Positions 1 through 43,470 of a stretch of 64,000 nucleotides of DNA are shown in pieces; the first letter of the stretch is position 1; each line of letters starts with the position of its first letter. Where the stretch lies: contig CAVNZM010000012.1 of NCBI GenBank assembly GCA_963693365.1, positions 8,250,001 through 8,314,000 of the forward strand. The letters run 5' to 3'. The notes beneath the pieces are model-generated. The model made no database searches. It worked only from the letters and a program-made list of their open reading frames with translations, and had not been told where the DNA came from. A program made the position numbers and the translations under genes. The DNA comes from Amoebidium appalachense (taxonomy: Eukaryota; Protista; Ichthyosporea).

Positions 1-481
1 TGTGTGTGTGTGTGTGTGTTTGGGGGGGGGGGGGGGGGGGGGGGGGGCTCCTGTGAAGATGGAAATCTTGACGACACAGGCCAAATGTGTGCAAAAATAC
101 AAGCAGAGCCAGCTGCTTGGATCTATTTTAAAGTGTAAATATTTTTAAATCGTGTCGGTGGCTGAAAATGCAAATGTGAGGTGCATGCATATGCATGGTG
201 ACGCAACCTGATATGCATGGGCAGTGTGTGCATACGCGCAATGGTGTCTTACCGGTCCGGGAAGAGAAAAATGCATGCAACGAGCAAAGGCAGCTTGACA
301 ACTGAAACTAACCAAAGTGAAACTACAAAAAGATCGTACGAATTATCATCATGTACTTCTCAAACAATCATGTCCCAGCAGTCTATGATATCACCTACAT
401 ACATAAAATAATAACGAAATAACATCTCTCTTTCAAACACCCGTCCGTTTGCTGCCGGCGCCATTCACAGGGGGCCAATCA

Positions 482-21464
<20,983 letters not shown>

Positions 21465-22119
21465 CTTGGCGTCTGCATTCATAGAACCACGTAAGTTTCA
21501 AGGGAGTTGTCGAGCTAGTAAAAGAAACCATCGGGTTGCTGTTTCTCTCGGCTGGAAAGACACTCATATGCTTCAATGCTTCATGGCTCAAAGCTCTAGT
21601 TCTCCTGTACCATAAGAAAGCGTCAAGAGCAAACTTTGCTGATTCTTAGCTGTTTCAACTACTCCCCATACACCATACCGCTTGAGTTATACAAGCCTTG
21701 AAAGCCTACAATGAAACTCACGAAGAGTGACGTGTGAAAGCTGCTGGAGAAATTTCAAAACTCCTCCTCGCAAAGAAAAGGTGCTAAACCAGCTACAAAA
21801 AACCCAGATATAGAGCTGGAACAAACAATGCGCTCTACTCATACCTGCTGACCTGGGTGGGAACGAAGGGTTCTGTCAGTTTCTCTTGCTGCCTCACAAC
21901 CACGCACGAAGTAAATTACCAAAAAAAAAAAACCCCCGCAGAAACGTGCTCACCTCCAAACCTCTCTCTCAACTTAAAAAAAAAAAAACTCTATCACTAA
22001 AATATACCTTCCCCAAATCCTTTCTCTCTCCCCCCTACTTTTCTGCTCGCACAACAGTCAAAGTTGCAACAACACGTCAACGTCACAAGCAGGTCACAGT
22101 GTGGCAATAAAAAGGGTTC

Positions 22120-22250
22120 AAAGTTTGGCGCCCAAATCCACACGTGAATTCCATATTTGGTTATTTCAGGCACGTAGCAGCACCTGATTGGTTCATTTAG
22201 GCATTGACTGAGTTTTTATTGGTGGAGCGCGGCCTGGCGCCAAAAATAAA
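22120..22250. promoter_or_regulatory. Putative importin beta promoter with two CCAAT/ATTGG boxes, a CACGTG E-box and two opposed E2F-like TTTGGCGCC sites
   Basis: TTTGGCGCC at 22124-22132, CACGTG at 22141-22146, ATTGG near 22187 and 22218, GGCGCCAAA at 22236-22244. The island is repeat-free and lies upstream of the first exon. Confidence 0.5.
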
Positions 22251-22510
22251 AATAAAATCAACACCGCTCACAGGCACAGCCTGAGTCAGCCTCCCATCCA
22301 CAAAACTGTAATGTGTTTCACAATTCAAAGTTCGAAGTTGCAATATCTTATTTTACAGTGCTCTCTAACAATAAAGTAGTGCTCGTTGTTTGGCATGCAT
22401 ATCATAAATGCGCATACTGAGCCCAACCATCACCACTTGATAAACCGTCCAGGCATCCAAGTGTACACATAGTCAAGCCGAAACATGAACATTCAGGGTG
22501 TCACTCTAGT

Positions 22511-23603
22511 CTATGCACCATCAGTAGGGGAAGACTTCTTGGCCCTAGCACCCATGGCCTGGCCGACACGAGACATAACGGGCCTGCCCAGAGCTTCGGA
22601 AATGAAGCGGCCAGCATCCAGCAATTTCTCCATATCCACACCTGCCAAATATGGAAGGTTAGCAGCAACGCCATAAGATATAGGAAAGACCAGCACATTG
22701 GCTGTCTGGGAAGGGTTCGGGCATGCAAATACCGGCGGCGGCGGCGGTGTTGAATAGACAGCGCTGGAGAAAGAGAGAAAAAGAGAAAGAGGAGAGAGAG
22801 AGAGAGGAGAGAGAACACGCAAGAGAGGCTATGCGTGTTTGCGGGTGTGGTGGTGGTGGTGGTGGTGGTGATGGTGGTCAGGGGGGGGGGGGGGGGACGG
22901 GGAGCGGGATGCAAAGAGGGGGAGCGGGATGCAGAACAGGGCGCGAAGTACAACTACACGACGAAAAATACGGTGCAGGACACAGCATTCGTTAAGGCAT
23001 GCAAAGTGAACATATATGCATACAACGTTAGCCATGGGTAGGCAATTTATCTAAGCCGAGCCCACTCTCGGTGTGGATCTCGGTGTGGAGTAAGGGGAGG
23101 GGGGAGTGGGGAGGGGGGGGGGGGGGGGGGGGGGGGGATACCTGTGTGCACACCCAGACCCTCCAGCATGTAGACGACATCCTCGGTAGCCACATTGCCA
23201 GATGCACCCTTGGCATAGGGGCAGCCACCAAGACCCCCCACAGACGAATCCACAACATTTACACCCATCTGCAGGGGAATCATGGTGAGTGGGGTACCAG
23301 TGCAAAGGTGATGTGCACGTTCACAGGCGCGTACATAACGGCATAATGACCCAAAAAAAATAAATAGATAAAGACCAACGTCTAATGGTTCCACAAAGCA
23401 CCCACGAACACGCACGTGCATGTTCGTGCAGACACACACATACTCCGTTCGGAGCACTTGTCCGCACGGGCGATACACACATTTAGGCACACCCCACACG
23501 CCAAATGCGTGCACCACACACACACACACACAAGCACACGCACACGCACGCACACACACACACACAACATACACACACACACACTGTACACACCAAACAC
23601 ACA

Positions 23604-23671
<68 letters not shown>

Positions 23672-24404
23672 TACCTCCAGTGCAGCCAGGATGTTAGCCA
23701 GTGCCTGGCCGTATGTGTCGTGGCAGTGCACCGCAATGGCCCCCAACGGCACGGCCTCAGCCACAGCCGCAATCACCTGCTGCATCTTGCCTGTGCAGGA
23801 AGGGGGGGGGGGGAAGGGGGGGGGGGGGGGGGGGGGGGGGGTTCAGAACTCGGTACAGATTACAAAGCACGATAAACGGATGTGCCAGGGGAAAAAAAAA
23901 AAGGACCAGGAAGTACACGAAATGTGCATGTTTGGAGGGGAGGGGGAGGGGGGGAGGGGGGAAGACAACATGGACGAAGGAAGACACCTTTCAATCAAGA
24001 AGCGGGAAGATTGACAAGGAAATGTCTGTTTCTCCATTTCAAGTATTTATTCATTTGTTAGGGTTTTTTTTTTTTTTTTTTTTTTTTTCCCGGGAGGGGG
24101 AACATACGTGGGGTGCCGACACCAATGGTGTCACCCAGTGAAATCTCGTAGCAGCCCATGTCGTAGAGCCGCTTGGCAACATGACGCACAGATGAAGGGT
24201 CAACGGCACCAGAGTAGGGGCACCCAACAACCACTGAAACATAGCTGAAAATTACCGTATATGGTTAGATGACGGGCACTTTGATTGGTGGTGGATTGCA
24301 TGCTTGGTTGGTGGTCTGGCTCTTTGATAGGATCAGGTACAAGTTGTCTGGATGTCTCAATCCCCCTTAAATAGTGGGTGAAGTTTTTTTTTTGTTTTTG
24401 TTTT

Positions 24405-24474
<70 letters not shown>

Positions 24475-25194
24475 CGCTACCAGCAAGAGAATTCTCCCAA
24501 GGGATCATTCTTGCTCTAGCCTGTTTCTGTGCTTATTGTGTGGGGTGAGAGCGTCTGTTGGAAGGAACGGGAGAAGGGGGGGGGGGGGGGGGGGGGGTTG
24601 CATGCGGAACACAGTACGAAGTACGCATACACGATGAGAAGCATGGTGCAGGACACATGCAAAGGCAAACATTCAAGTATGCAACATCAGCCGTGCGCAC
24701 AGTATGTGTTATAAGCAGAGCCCATCCTCAGGGAGGGCCCAAGTCATCAATTGCGTCTGAGTCTCGACCCCTTAGCCCGCGTATATACGACGCTCCAACT
24801 CAGACAGCAGCATCAACTGAACTTGGGTGGGTCAACCCGTCTTGATCAAAGACGAGCAGGGTTGCTTAATGCAAGCAAGGTGAGCAAAACGGTGAAGATG
24901 TGGGTGCAAACTAATGCAGTGCAGCGAAAAACGCGTATGTGCTTACAGATGCACGACACAGAGCAACCATGCCCGGTTGCATGGAAGTAAAGATGTCTCC
25001 ACACAGTGGTCTGTCCTGAAAGGACACCTCTGAAAGAAGACAGGGGGGGTTTGAATGCGGAACACAGTACGAAGTACGCATACACGATGAGAAGCATGGT
25101 GCAGGACACATGCAAAGGCAAACATTCAAGTATGCAACATCAGCCGTGCGCACAGTATGCGTCATAAGCAGAGCCCATCCTCAGGGAGGGCGGG

Positions 25195-25252
<58 letters not shown>

Positions 25253-26187
25253 TACCCTCTTACGGCGATGTCGTGCTTCTTGGCAGCATCGCAGACTTTC
25301 TGGAATCGGTCCAAACTCTCATCCACTGAGCAGGCAATGTTCTTCTGGCTGAAGGCCTAGCGGGAAAGAGGGGTCAGAACAGTGTGTTCCACTCTTTTAA
25401 CTGGCCAGGGAACGGCAAAGGGGGGGGGGGGGGGGGGGGGGGGGAGGGCCACGCATGTGTGTACAGGAGGGGGAAGGCCGGGGGGGGGGGGGGGGGGGGG
25501 GGAGGAGGGGAGGGGGGGGGGAAGGGGGGGAGATTGAGTAGGGGGTGGAGGGCCGGAGGGGGGGGGGGGGGAGGGGGGGGGAATGTGAGGATGTGATACA
25601 CAGTGCCGAACGAAGAGAAAGGCACACGATGCAGGTATGTGACGCAATACAATGAATGGCATGTGTGTGCAAACCAGGCACACAGAAATTAGGCAATCTT
25701 GGTAGAGCTCGCATACATTGGGCTCACTCTCGTTCACAGTATGTATTCATGTTTTTTCCCCAATGGAGTGCACATTGAAATATTACTCGGGCCCATGTGT
25801 AAACGTCAACCAATAGGAAAATGGAGTCTGTGTGTGTGCGAGTGTGTCTGTTCGTGCGCGCCTGCGTGCTTGTGTGTGTGTGCGGCATGTGTGTGTGCGT
25901 GCGTGTGCGCCCGCACGTACGAGCCAGTGCGTGTGTGTTTGTGTGTGTGTGAGAGTGTTTAGTCTGTGTGTGCTACAGTGCACATTTGTGTGCGTGCGGA
26001 TCATGTGTCTGTAAGTGGGGCGGACCAGATAGGGTGGGTTTTAAATGCGTCATAAAGTACGAAGTACACATGAACAAACGGATAACACGATGCAGAGTGC
26101 AAACCATACACAAAGAGTATGCACAATACAAGAGCCTATCCTCAGGGGGGGGGGCACGTCATCCACAGGGGGGGTGGGGGGGGGGAA

Positions 26188-26235
<48 letters not shown>

Positions 26236-26719
26236 GAGGATTGTGGGTGGAATGGGAAGGGGGGGGGGGGGGGGGGGGGGGGGGGATTGTTCTGACCTCA
26301 GACGCAGCCCCGAAGACAGCAACCTCCTTAGCACCAACCTCCAAAGCCCCTGGTTGAAATAGAAAATTTGTCAGCGCATGCGAGTATTACTGCGGGCCAA
26401 AAAAATGTACATGTACGCAGATACGCCGCAATCGACAAATGTGGAATGGAAGCGTGTGTTATGGGGTAGGCTAGCTTCGTTGTTTGTAAAAAAAAAAAGG
26501 GGGGGGGGGCAGAAATGGTAAGAGATGGAATGCGGATGCATGAGGCTGCGGAATGCATACATATTTTTGGGCTAAGCATCGATAACAACAGAAGAGCACA
26601 GCATATTTGTAATGGCCGATGTAGTCATCTCCCCCAGTACTAATTCACTGCATCACCCCCCCGTCCCTCCCCAAAGAACACCAACCCGCCCGTGCATACA
26701 CACAAGCTGGCTGTGTTTT

Positions 26720-26761
<42 letters not shown>

Positions 26762-26843
26762 GCGCACATGCCACCCCATCGGGCCGCCCTCCCATTCCTT
26801 CACCCCTCACTCACCCCCGCTCCCCCCCCCCCCCCCCCTCCCC

Positions 26844-26874
<31 letters not shown>

Positions 26875-27583
26875 ACACACACACAAAAAAAAAATAAAAT
26901 AATAATAAATAAATAAATAAAAACGGGGTCTTAGCAAGCAAAACACGTGTTACCTTCGAACCCCTTCAGATTCGGGGTCAGTACTGGGTAGGACACTCCC
27001 TGGTGCCGTGCTATTCTCCTCATCACCTCAGCATTATCACCCATCTGACAAGGAAAATGTCAACACTTACGCATATACATGGCCCACATGCACATATGTT
27101 TTGCGCTAACATTAGAATCCCAAACACTAGTCACATGCCACAACTCGTAGAATTAAGCCGAGTAAATCTACAAACACCAGGTACCCGAGTATTCGTGGTA
27201 GCCTACAATATGCGGCTTTATTCACGAGACATTAGCCGATGGCTGACTGGTTTGCAGTCTGGTTTTCGGGCTGATGTGATGTCACCCTGGCTGATTGTAA
27301 AATGCCAAAGGCCAGCTCTCAAACAGTTTACAGCTGCGGGGTTGTGTACACAAGCAAAGGTTTATCTGCCAGCACTCAGCGGTTGAAAGTGAGGGGAGGT
27401 GTGGGGGAGGGGGAGGGGGGAGGGGGGGTTTGAATGCGGAACACGGTACGAAGTACGCATACACGACGAGAAGCATGGTGCAGGACACATGCAAAGGCAA
27501 ACATTCAAGTATGAGGGGGGGGGGGGGGGGGGGGGGGGAGGGAAGATGGGCGGGTGGGGAGGGGGAGGGGGGAGCCGGGGGAG

Positions 27584-27627
<44 letters not shown>

Positions 27628-27925
27628 GGGACGAGAGAAGCCAAATTTCTCACCTGCGGCACCCATTTTGGTGACACGAAACTGGTGGCCTCGACTGCTC
27701 TCAATCCCGTAGCAGATAGTCTGTTGATAAACTCAACTTTCACGTCTGTGGGGATAACCCTTTTCTCGTTTTGCAACCCGTCACGGGGTCCTACTTCGAC
27801 GATTTTCACCGAAGCTGGCAGCTTTGTCAGTGTAGGCGCCTGCTCATTTCGATATAATTTTTGAGTGTGGATGGTTGAGGGGTGATGTGTGTGTTTTTTT
27901 TTGTTTTTTGTTTGTTTGTTTTTTT

Positions 27926-27978
<53 letters not shown>

Positions 27979-28785
27979 CTGGGTTGATTGGGGGTGTACT
28001 GGGGTGTATGTCAAGTGTGTCTTTGAAAGGGAGGGGGGGGGGGGGGGGATGAGGGGGATGAAGGGTGGGGGGGGGGGGGGGGGGGTATATAATATATTAG
28101 CACATTGTGTCACCCAGATGATGAACCTCAACACGCCATATCCAACCTCCTTACTTGCTTTCCCTCCTCATTCATCCCCATCCCCCCCCTCCCCCCCCTC
28201 CCCCCCCCCCCCCCCCCCCCCCCCCCACCCACCCACCCACCCACCATCACCACCACCACCACCAGTCCCCCCCCCCTCCCCCCCTTCGCACACTGAGACA
28301 CAACATGATCCCCTTTTCTCCTCCTCCCCCCAACCCCCTCCCTCATCCCCCTCCTCCCCCTCCCCCCTCCCCCCCTTCCCCCCACCCCCGGCTCCATGTG
28401 CAAGCCCCTCCACAAATCTATGGGTCACATGTGGAAGCTATGATATTCAGTTTCTGCTTCTTTTGCTTCCCCGAGGAGAGAAGACCGGTAGTGGCAGCGA
28501 GCAAGGAGTGCCGGGGGAGGGGGGTAGGGGGAGGAAGGGGGGGCGGGGGGGGGCCACGCCAGGCATGCTGAGAAGTAGGTGAGTGGGCGGTGGAGTGTGT
28601 TTGTGTGTGGTGGGGGTGAGGCGGGCAGCCTCACGGCAGAAGTAGGGGTGGAGGGGGCGTAGAGGAGGGGGTCAAACGGGGGGGGGGGGGGGGGGGCACA
28701 TTTTACGCACCGCCTTTGCAGACATGCACCGAGCTGCAATCTTCTGCAGATACTTTGGCTGCCGCCTAAGAGATACCGACAACAT
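22511..28785 (-). CDS. HMGCL: Hydroxymethylglutaryl-CoA lyase, mitochondrial, 9 coding exons, 338 aa
   Basis: Exons 28785-28711, 27839-27654, 27044-26954, 26349-26297, 25356-25256, 24244-24108, 23790-23675, 23268-23142, 22641-22511 (1017 nt, phases consistent). Motifs: [99 protein letters not shown]. The basic, acid-free N-terminus [22 protein letters not shown] resembles a mitochondrial presequence. Confidence 0.96.
22929..23014 (-). mobile_element. Diverged relative of the element
   Basis: ATGCAGAACAGGGCGCGAAGTACAACTACACGACGAAAAATACGGTGCAGGACACA aligns by eye with ATGCGGAACACGGTACGAAGTACGCATACACGACGAGAAGCATGGTGCAGGACACA. Confidence 0.6.
24598..25042 (-). mobile_element. Subfamily A, longest copy (~445 bp)
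   Basis: Matches the 2013 copy and extends about 50 bp further (…GTCCTGAAAGGACACCTCTGAAAGAAGACA), then G7. Confidence 0.85.
25050..25191 (-). mobile_element. Subfamily A copy, head-to-tail with the 24598 copy (~140 bp)
   Basis: Restarts TTTGAATGCGGAACAC after G7 and ends in a ~55-nt G-run. Confidence 0.85.
26039..26168 (-). mobile_element. Subfamily B copy (~130 bp)
   Basis: TTTTAAATGCGTCATAAAGTACGAAGTAC...CCTCAGGG...CACGTCATCCACAG then a G-run. Confidence 0.8.
27429..27513 (-). mobile_element. Subfamily A copy (~85 bp)
   Basis: Gn-TTTGAATGCGGAACACGG...TTCAAGTATG-A-Gn. Confidence 0.85.
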
Positions 28786-29415
28786 TCTCGGACGAGGGAA
28801 AAAAGCCTGCATGGAGGGGAGAAGGGGGGGGGGGGGGGGGGGGGGGGGACGGGACGACAGTCAGCATCAGTTGGTCGGCTAGGCGAGCAACGATGAGAAC
28901 CCAAACGTCACACATCAGCCCACTGCTCTTACTTCTAACACACCGCCACCCCTAGTCCATAAAAAGCTCGACCTTGCCTCCTGCTTCTCACCCTCTAGTT
29001 GCCGAGCCATAATTACATACAACAGCTGGGCATGTACAAAGAGCAAGAGTAAATTTAGAATATCCCCTCCTGTCCCTCTACCCATCCTCCCCCCCCCCCC
29101 CTCCCCCCTCTCCCGTCCCTCTTCCGATTGGTCAGCCGCTCTACCAACTCAACCCAATGCAACCTAACATTTCTACTCAAACAAGGTGGCCCTCTCCCCC
29201 CCCCCCCCCCCCCCCCCTCCCTTCTCTCCCCCCTCCCCCCCATCCACCCCCCTTCGCGCCCCCCCAGTCCTGTACGCTTGCCATCACACTCAGTTCTCCA
29301 ACACATGCACTCAAACACACACACGCACACACGTACACGCGTACACACGAACTCGCAAAGAAAAACTCGAACACCCTGCACACAAGCGCGCGCGCGCGCA
29401 CGCACGAACACGCGC

Positions 29416-29488
<73 letters not shown>

Positions 29489-30669
29489 ACACACACACAC
29501 GCAAGAACACGAACGCACACATGCACGCACGCACACACACGCACACACGCACACACGGACGCACAGACGCGGGAGCTCACACACTCCCCCGAGCCACCCC
29601 CCCCCCCTCCGCCCCTTCAAGGCCACCCCAGACATGCACACACACACACACATATTACACGCTGTTTGCGCACACGCACCGTATGCACACACAAACCAAT
29701 ACCTCAACCAACCATTCCCCCAAGTAAGCACACGCGCACACATACACGCACCACTTACCTACTTATGTATAGCAATCAACGAAACCCCTTGCCCCGTGCC
29801 TGAGCAAAGACGGAAGGAAAACAGGAAGTCAGACTCCGTCTGCGAACGAGCTGACTGCTTCGCCCCACTGATTCCCGTGCGTGTCTCGCTGTGAAGAGCC
29901 CTTAACCTGCACTGCATACACAGCAAAACCACCACACCAGGAATGAGCTATAGCAAATTGAGACTTTGTATATGTACATACACACAGACGGAAAAACCGA
30001 AAAAGCCCCAAGCTCACACGGTCACAGCAGGTTGGTGGCAACGCAATAAATGTGACGGTACATCAGGGTAAGAACTCCCGATTTCTAAACCGGATTTTCG
30101 GAACCAAAAGCAATACAGCCCCATCCCGACCGTGGCGAGGCGTATACCTTTTATGTAGCTCAAGCTATAATTTCACACGCGAGCGCTAACATTTAAAAAG
30201 GAAGAAACTGGATGTTTACACAGGTTCAGTGTTCTCTAACCAGGAGGCAACAAAAACGCGCCAGCACACAGACTCTCGTATGATAAAAGCGTCATCCCGG
30301 GTTTCTAGATAGATATTCCTATATGATATTTGTACCCTGGATTTGAACGGGCCGACCAGTGCCTTGTTGTTAACGAACCAATAGGAATGCGCTTGTTTAT
30401 CTTTCACATCAGTAGTCTTTTTAGGGTTTCGGAAGTGTGAGCCACAAGAGCAGGGGATACGCGATTTAGACTATGGAGCAAGAGTGCCACTGAGAATATC
30501 TTTTAAGAGGCTTGGCGTGTCACGGTGCGAGCAAGTTTTCGTTGTTTTCTCTCCTGGATGTTTTGATCGAGATCTAGGAATCTTGTCCTTCTCTCTCTCT
30601 CTCCCGCGGGGCTGCTAGGTATACTAAGCAACGAAGTAGCTGGGTAGCCGGGAGAGGTCCGCCGACAAA

Positions 30670-39557
<8,888 letters not shown>

Positions 39558-39866
39558 TTGAAACACCCTCCCCCCCCCCCCCCCCCCCCCCCCCCCGGAT
39601 GATGGGCTCTGTTCAAGTGTCTTCTGCCTGCACGCTTAATTGTTTTGATTTTGAATTTCCCACGTTTGTGACGTTTTGTTGTTGCTCTTTGTTATCTCCT
39701 CCATATTTCCAACCCTCTAACGCATACATCCCCCCCCCCCCCCCCCCCCCTCCCCCTCCCCCCCTTCACACAAATGTGCACATACATGCACACATACACA
39801 CTCGCTCACTCACTCTCACTCGCGCACGTGCACGCACACACACGCACCGCACGTATGCGCGCACAC

Positions 39867-39927
<61 letters not shown>

Positions 39928-39995
39928 CACTCTCACTCACACACACGTACACACACGTGTACACATGCACACGTGTACACATGCACACGTGTGTG

Positions 39996-40027
<32 letters not shown>

Positions 40028-40520
40028 TGCACACATTGCAACTGCCTCCCTTGTCCCCGCAACATCTTGTTTTCTTCCCTTTTTATTATATTTTTTTTAT
40101 TGCTGTGGGTGGTTGCCCGTGTGGGGGTGATAGGTTAGAAACAATCCGATGAGATTTCTATATCTTTTATATTTATATAAGGTAGTAGGTTCATGTTATG
40201 TTTATCTCGAGGTATATCTAAATTTATAGTTAGGTTTGTCGATATAATGTGCTGAATTATGCATAGTATCCGATGGGCAAAAGGTGAGACGCGGAACTGT
40301 ATATTGTATTCCCACTTGTGTATTTCTTAGTCTGTGATATACCGACATACAGCAACAGCTCTGTATGGTGTGATTTAGGAATATCTAGTAGATATTCACG
40401 TCAACCTCAGTAAATTTATTAGTAAAAAATAACTTCTCTTCAGGCAACAGATTACTCATACCTTGCCTTAGTAAGCCTCGAGTGTAACAGTGCACCATGC
40501 AGTTCGCTCGTTCTTCAACG

Positions 40521-40592
<72 letters not shown>

Positions 40593-40649
40593 GTCAAACA
40601 CACCACACACAAAAAAAAAAAGCACACGCGCGCGCGCACAAAAATACAT

Positions 40650-40702
<53 letters not shown>

Positions 40703-40910
40703 GAGACAACCATCTCCCTCCTAGTCCAAAAACCATTTTTTCCTCCTCAGCCCCCCTCCCCCCCTCTCCCCCCCCCCCCCCCCTCCCCCGTTTTTTTTAA
40801 AAAAAAACTTCTCCTGCCGTAGCTTGATGGCAACACCTTTCTTCGGTTGTCTAATTTGATTTCTCCACACCGCCCCCCTCCTCCCCTTCCCCCCTCCCCC
40901 CTCCTCCCCC

Positions 40911-40958
<48 letters not shown>

Positions 40959-43322
40959 AAAAAATGCTCTGTTATGATCCACCCGCTGCTACCACCCGCT
41001 GCCACCACCACACACAAGTAGACGCCAAACATAAATGTTACCATTTGAGGCTCTCTCCCGGTCTGGGCTTGTTAACTCTCTCCCCCCCTTCTCATCTTTC
41101 TCGCTCATGATGGATAATTGCCCTACGAGGTTTAACCCTTGCTGCACCTCTGCAACGTTCCCCCATTCATTTACTACCTGTACCAAGGTAGCATGTTATG
41201 AAGTCCCATCCTACGACTGTTGACGTATTGGCCAGTACACAGAGGGTTAATCCAGCTACCTCTTAGGTAGCTCTTATTTTTCAGGGTCAGGAATCCGATG
41301 CGGGAGCTGTAGACCGGTGCCGTGCCTCTCCTGCCCTTGAAAAATTGAATTTCAGCCAGAGTCGATTTGTTGCACATAGGCTAGAGGGCACTGCGCTCAA
41401 GACGTGCAAGGGGTTCATCCCGTGCAGTCAGCCCTTTTGATGTTCTTTTTTTTTTTTTAAAAAGGATTTTATTTCGATCGGGGCTTCAGACAGGGCTAAG
41501 AATGGATATACAGTACAGTTGTCATAGGCACAGCGAGATAGTTGCTGAGATAGCTTCAAGTGATATCTTTGATATTCTGAAATGGCTGCACATACACGGC
41601 TGTGTATCATCACTGTTCATAAGTGTGTGTAGATGTGTGCACGTGCGGTGGCACTTCCCCTGTTTGTTTGTTAAAGGGGGCCCCGGGAGAAAGGGAGGAG
41701 AAGGGTGGCGCGTCGGGGAAGGGGGGGGGAGGGGGGGGGGGGGGGGAGAGAGGGGGGGGGGGGGGGGGGGATCGAGGGGGGGGGAGGGGGGGGGAGGGGG
41801 AGGGAGGGAGGGGGGAGGGGGAAGAGAGAGTGTGTGTGTGAGAGTGAGTGTGTGTTTGTGTGTGTGTGTGTGATCTAGAGAGAGAGAGCGTGGAGCGCAC
41901 GAGAGGGAGAGACCACTTCACTTTAAGTTAGCCACCATGTTTTAAATAGACGTCATAATTGAATTATAACATGTATACCTGGTGGGTTTACAAATGTAAA
42001 ATTGTTTCCTTTGAGAGCCCGTGATTCCTTATACTATTAGAAAGCCACGGTTGGTACAACTCTAGTTAAATCACTACAAAAGATCTGGAGACCCATTAGT
42101 GTTGTATAAATATGCACATGATATCATATCATACTACTGCATGCATGCGCATTGCTTAAGTCCTGGTGTGTGTGACAAAAAATATGCTCGTGGGTGATGG
42201 TGGTGATGATGTATGTGTGTGTGTGTGTGTGAGGTAGGGGGGAGGGGAGTGGGGGGAAAGGGAGGGGGAGGGGAGGGAAGGGGCAGAGGGGAGAGGGGGA
42301 GGGGGGGGGGGGAGGGGGGCACACGTGTACTAGCTTTGAAGCCCCTAGGAGACCCAGGGAAAACTTAATGATAGTGACCGTGTAAAGAGATCGCGGAACA
42401 GCACATTTAAAAATGAAGAGAGATAACTTAAAGGGGTATAGGCAAACCCATGTGAAAGACGGTAGCCTGCGGGGTCACCGTAAATTCGGGAATCAATTCG
42501 CCTCAAAAGAGGAATTAATAAAACCAAAAAATTAGTTATAGGGAAGGAGAATAAGATTGAATAGACATGCAGCATGGATATATACACGGACAGGTGTATA
42601 AACATCGTGACCGACTCTGACAATATGTGCATTTTCATCATATTCATGAGCCCCGGAACAAGAATGAGTCGAATGATGCCGACTGCAAATATCTCTCCTA
42701 GCCCGCGGCCGTAACCATTATATCGTGTTAATTTATGTTCCAACAATGGAGCATTCTACATCGTCTGGAGTATATGATATATACTAGATCTCAGGAGGCC
42801 TGCTCCTCTCGTCCGGTCCCTCCCTCCCTCTTCCCCCCCCCCCCCCCCCCCTCCCCCCCCCCTGCCCCCTCTCACACACACATCTCTCCACCCACCCACA
42901 CCAACCTCTCCCCCCCGTTCTCCCTCCACCTGCCACCCGCCTTCTGTCATCCCCTTTAAGAAAGAGAAGCCTTAAAAAACCAAAATTGATCTCCGAACAA
43001 GTTACAGATATATGTATGTCTTTTAGCTAATGTATACATTTTCAAAAAATTGCGGAAAAAATGACTATATGCTAGAAATTTAAGATCACGATGGCTATGT
43101 AGCGGCACTAATAGCAAAACAAAACGATATCTTACCCCCCCCCCCCACCCCCCCCCCCCCAAACCCCTCAAGCACTTTATAGTTCCTACTGAGCTCCCCC
43201 TCTCCCCTCCAAAGCCGTGCATACCTCCCACACACAAACACACCCACTGCACGCCACAAGCACCATACCAACACTAACACACATCCACACACATCCCTTT
43301 CAGGTGCGTACACACAGTATAG

Positions 43323-43356
<34 letters not shown>

Positions 43357-43470
43357 ACACACACACACATACACACACGCCCTCTCCCCCTCCCCCGTCC
43401 ACCCCTCTCCCCACACACACACCCGCCCACCCACCCACCCACACACCCACACATACGCAAGCAGCCCATC

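Noticed and set aside
56-69. 14-mer GAAGATGGAAATCT shared with ~8924
   Set aside because: The similarity does not extend, and it is too short to call a repeat family.
41254-41272. Perfect 8-bp hairpin AGCTACCT-CTT-AGGTAGCT
   Set aside because: It is an isolated short hairpin with no supporting context and can arise by chance in 64 kb.
42345-42746. 133-aa hydrophobic ORF on the minus strand
   Set aside because: It has no recognisable motif or splice context, and the AT-rich composition explains the hydrophobicity. It may be 3' UTR or intergenic sequence.
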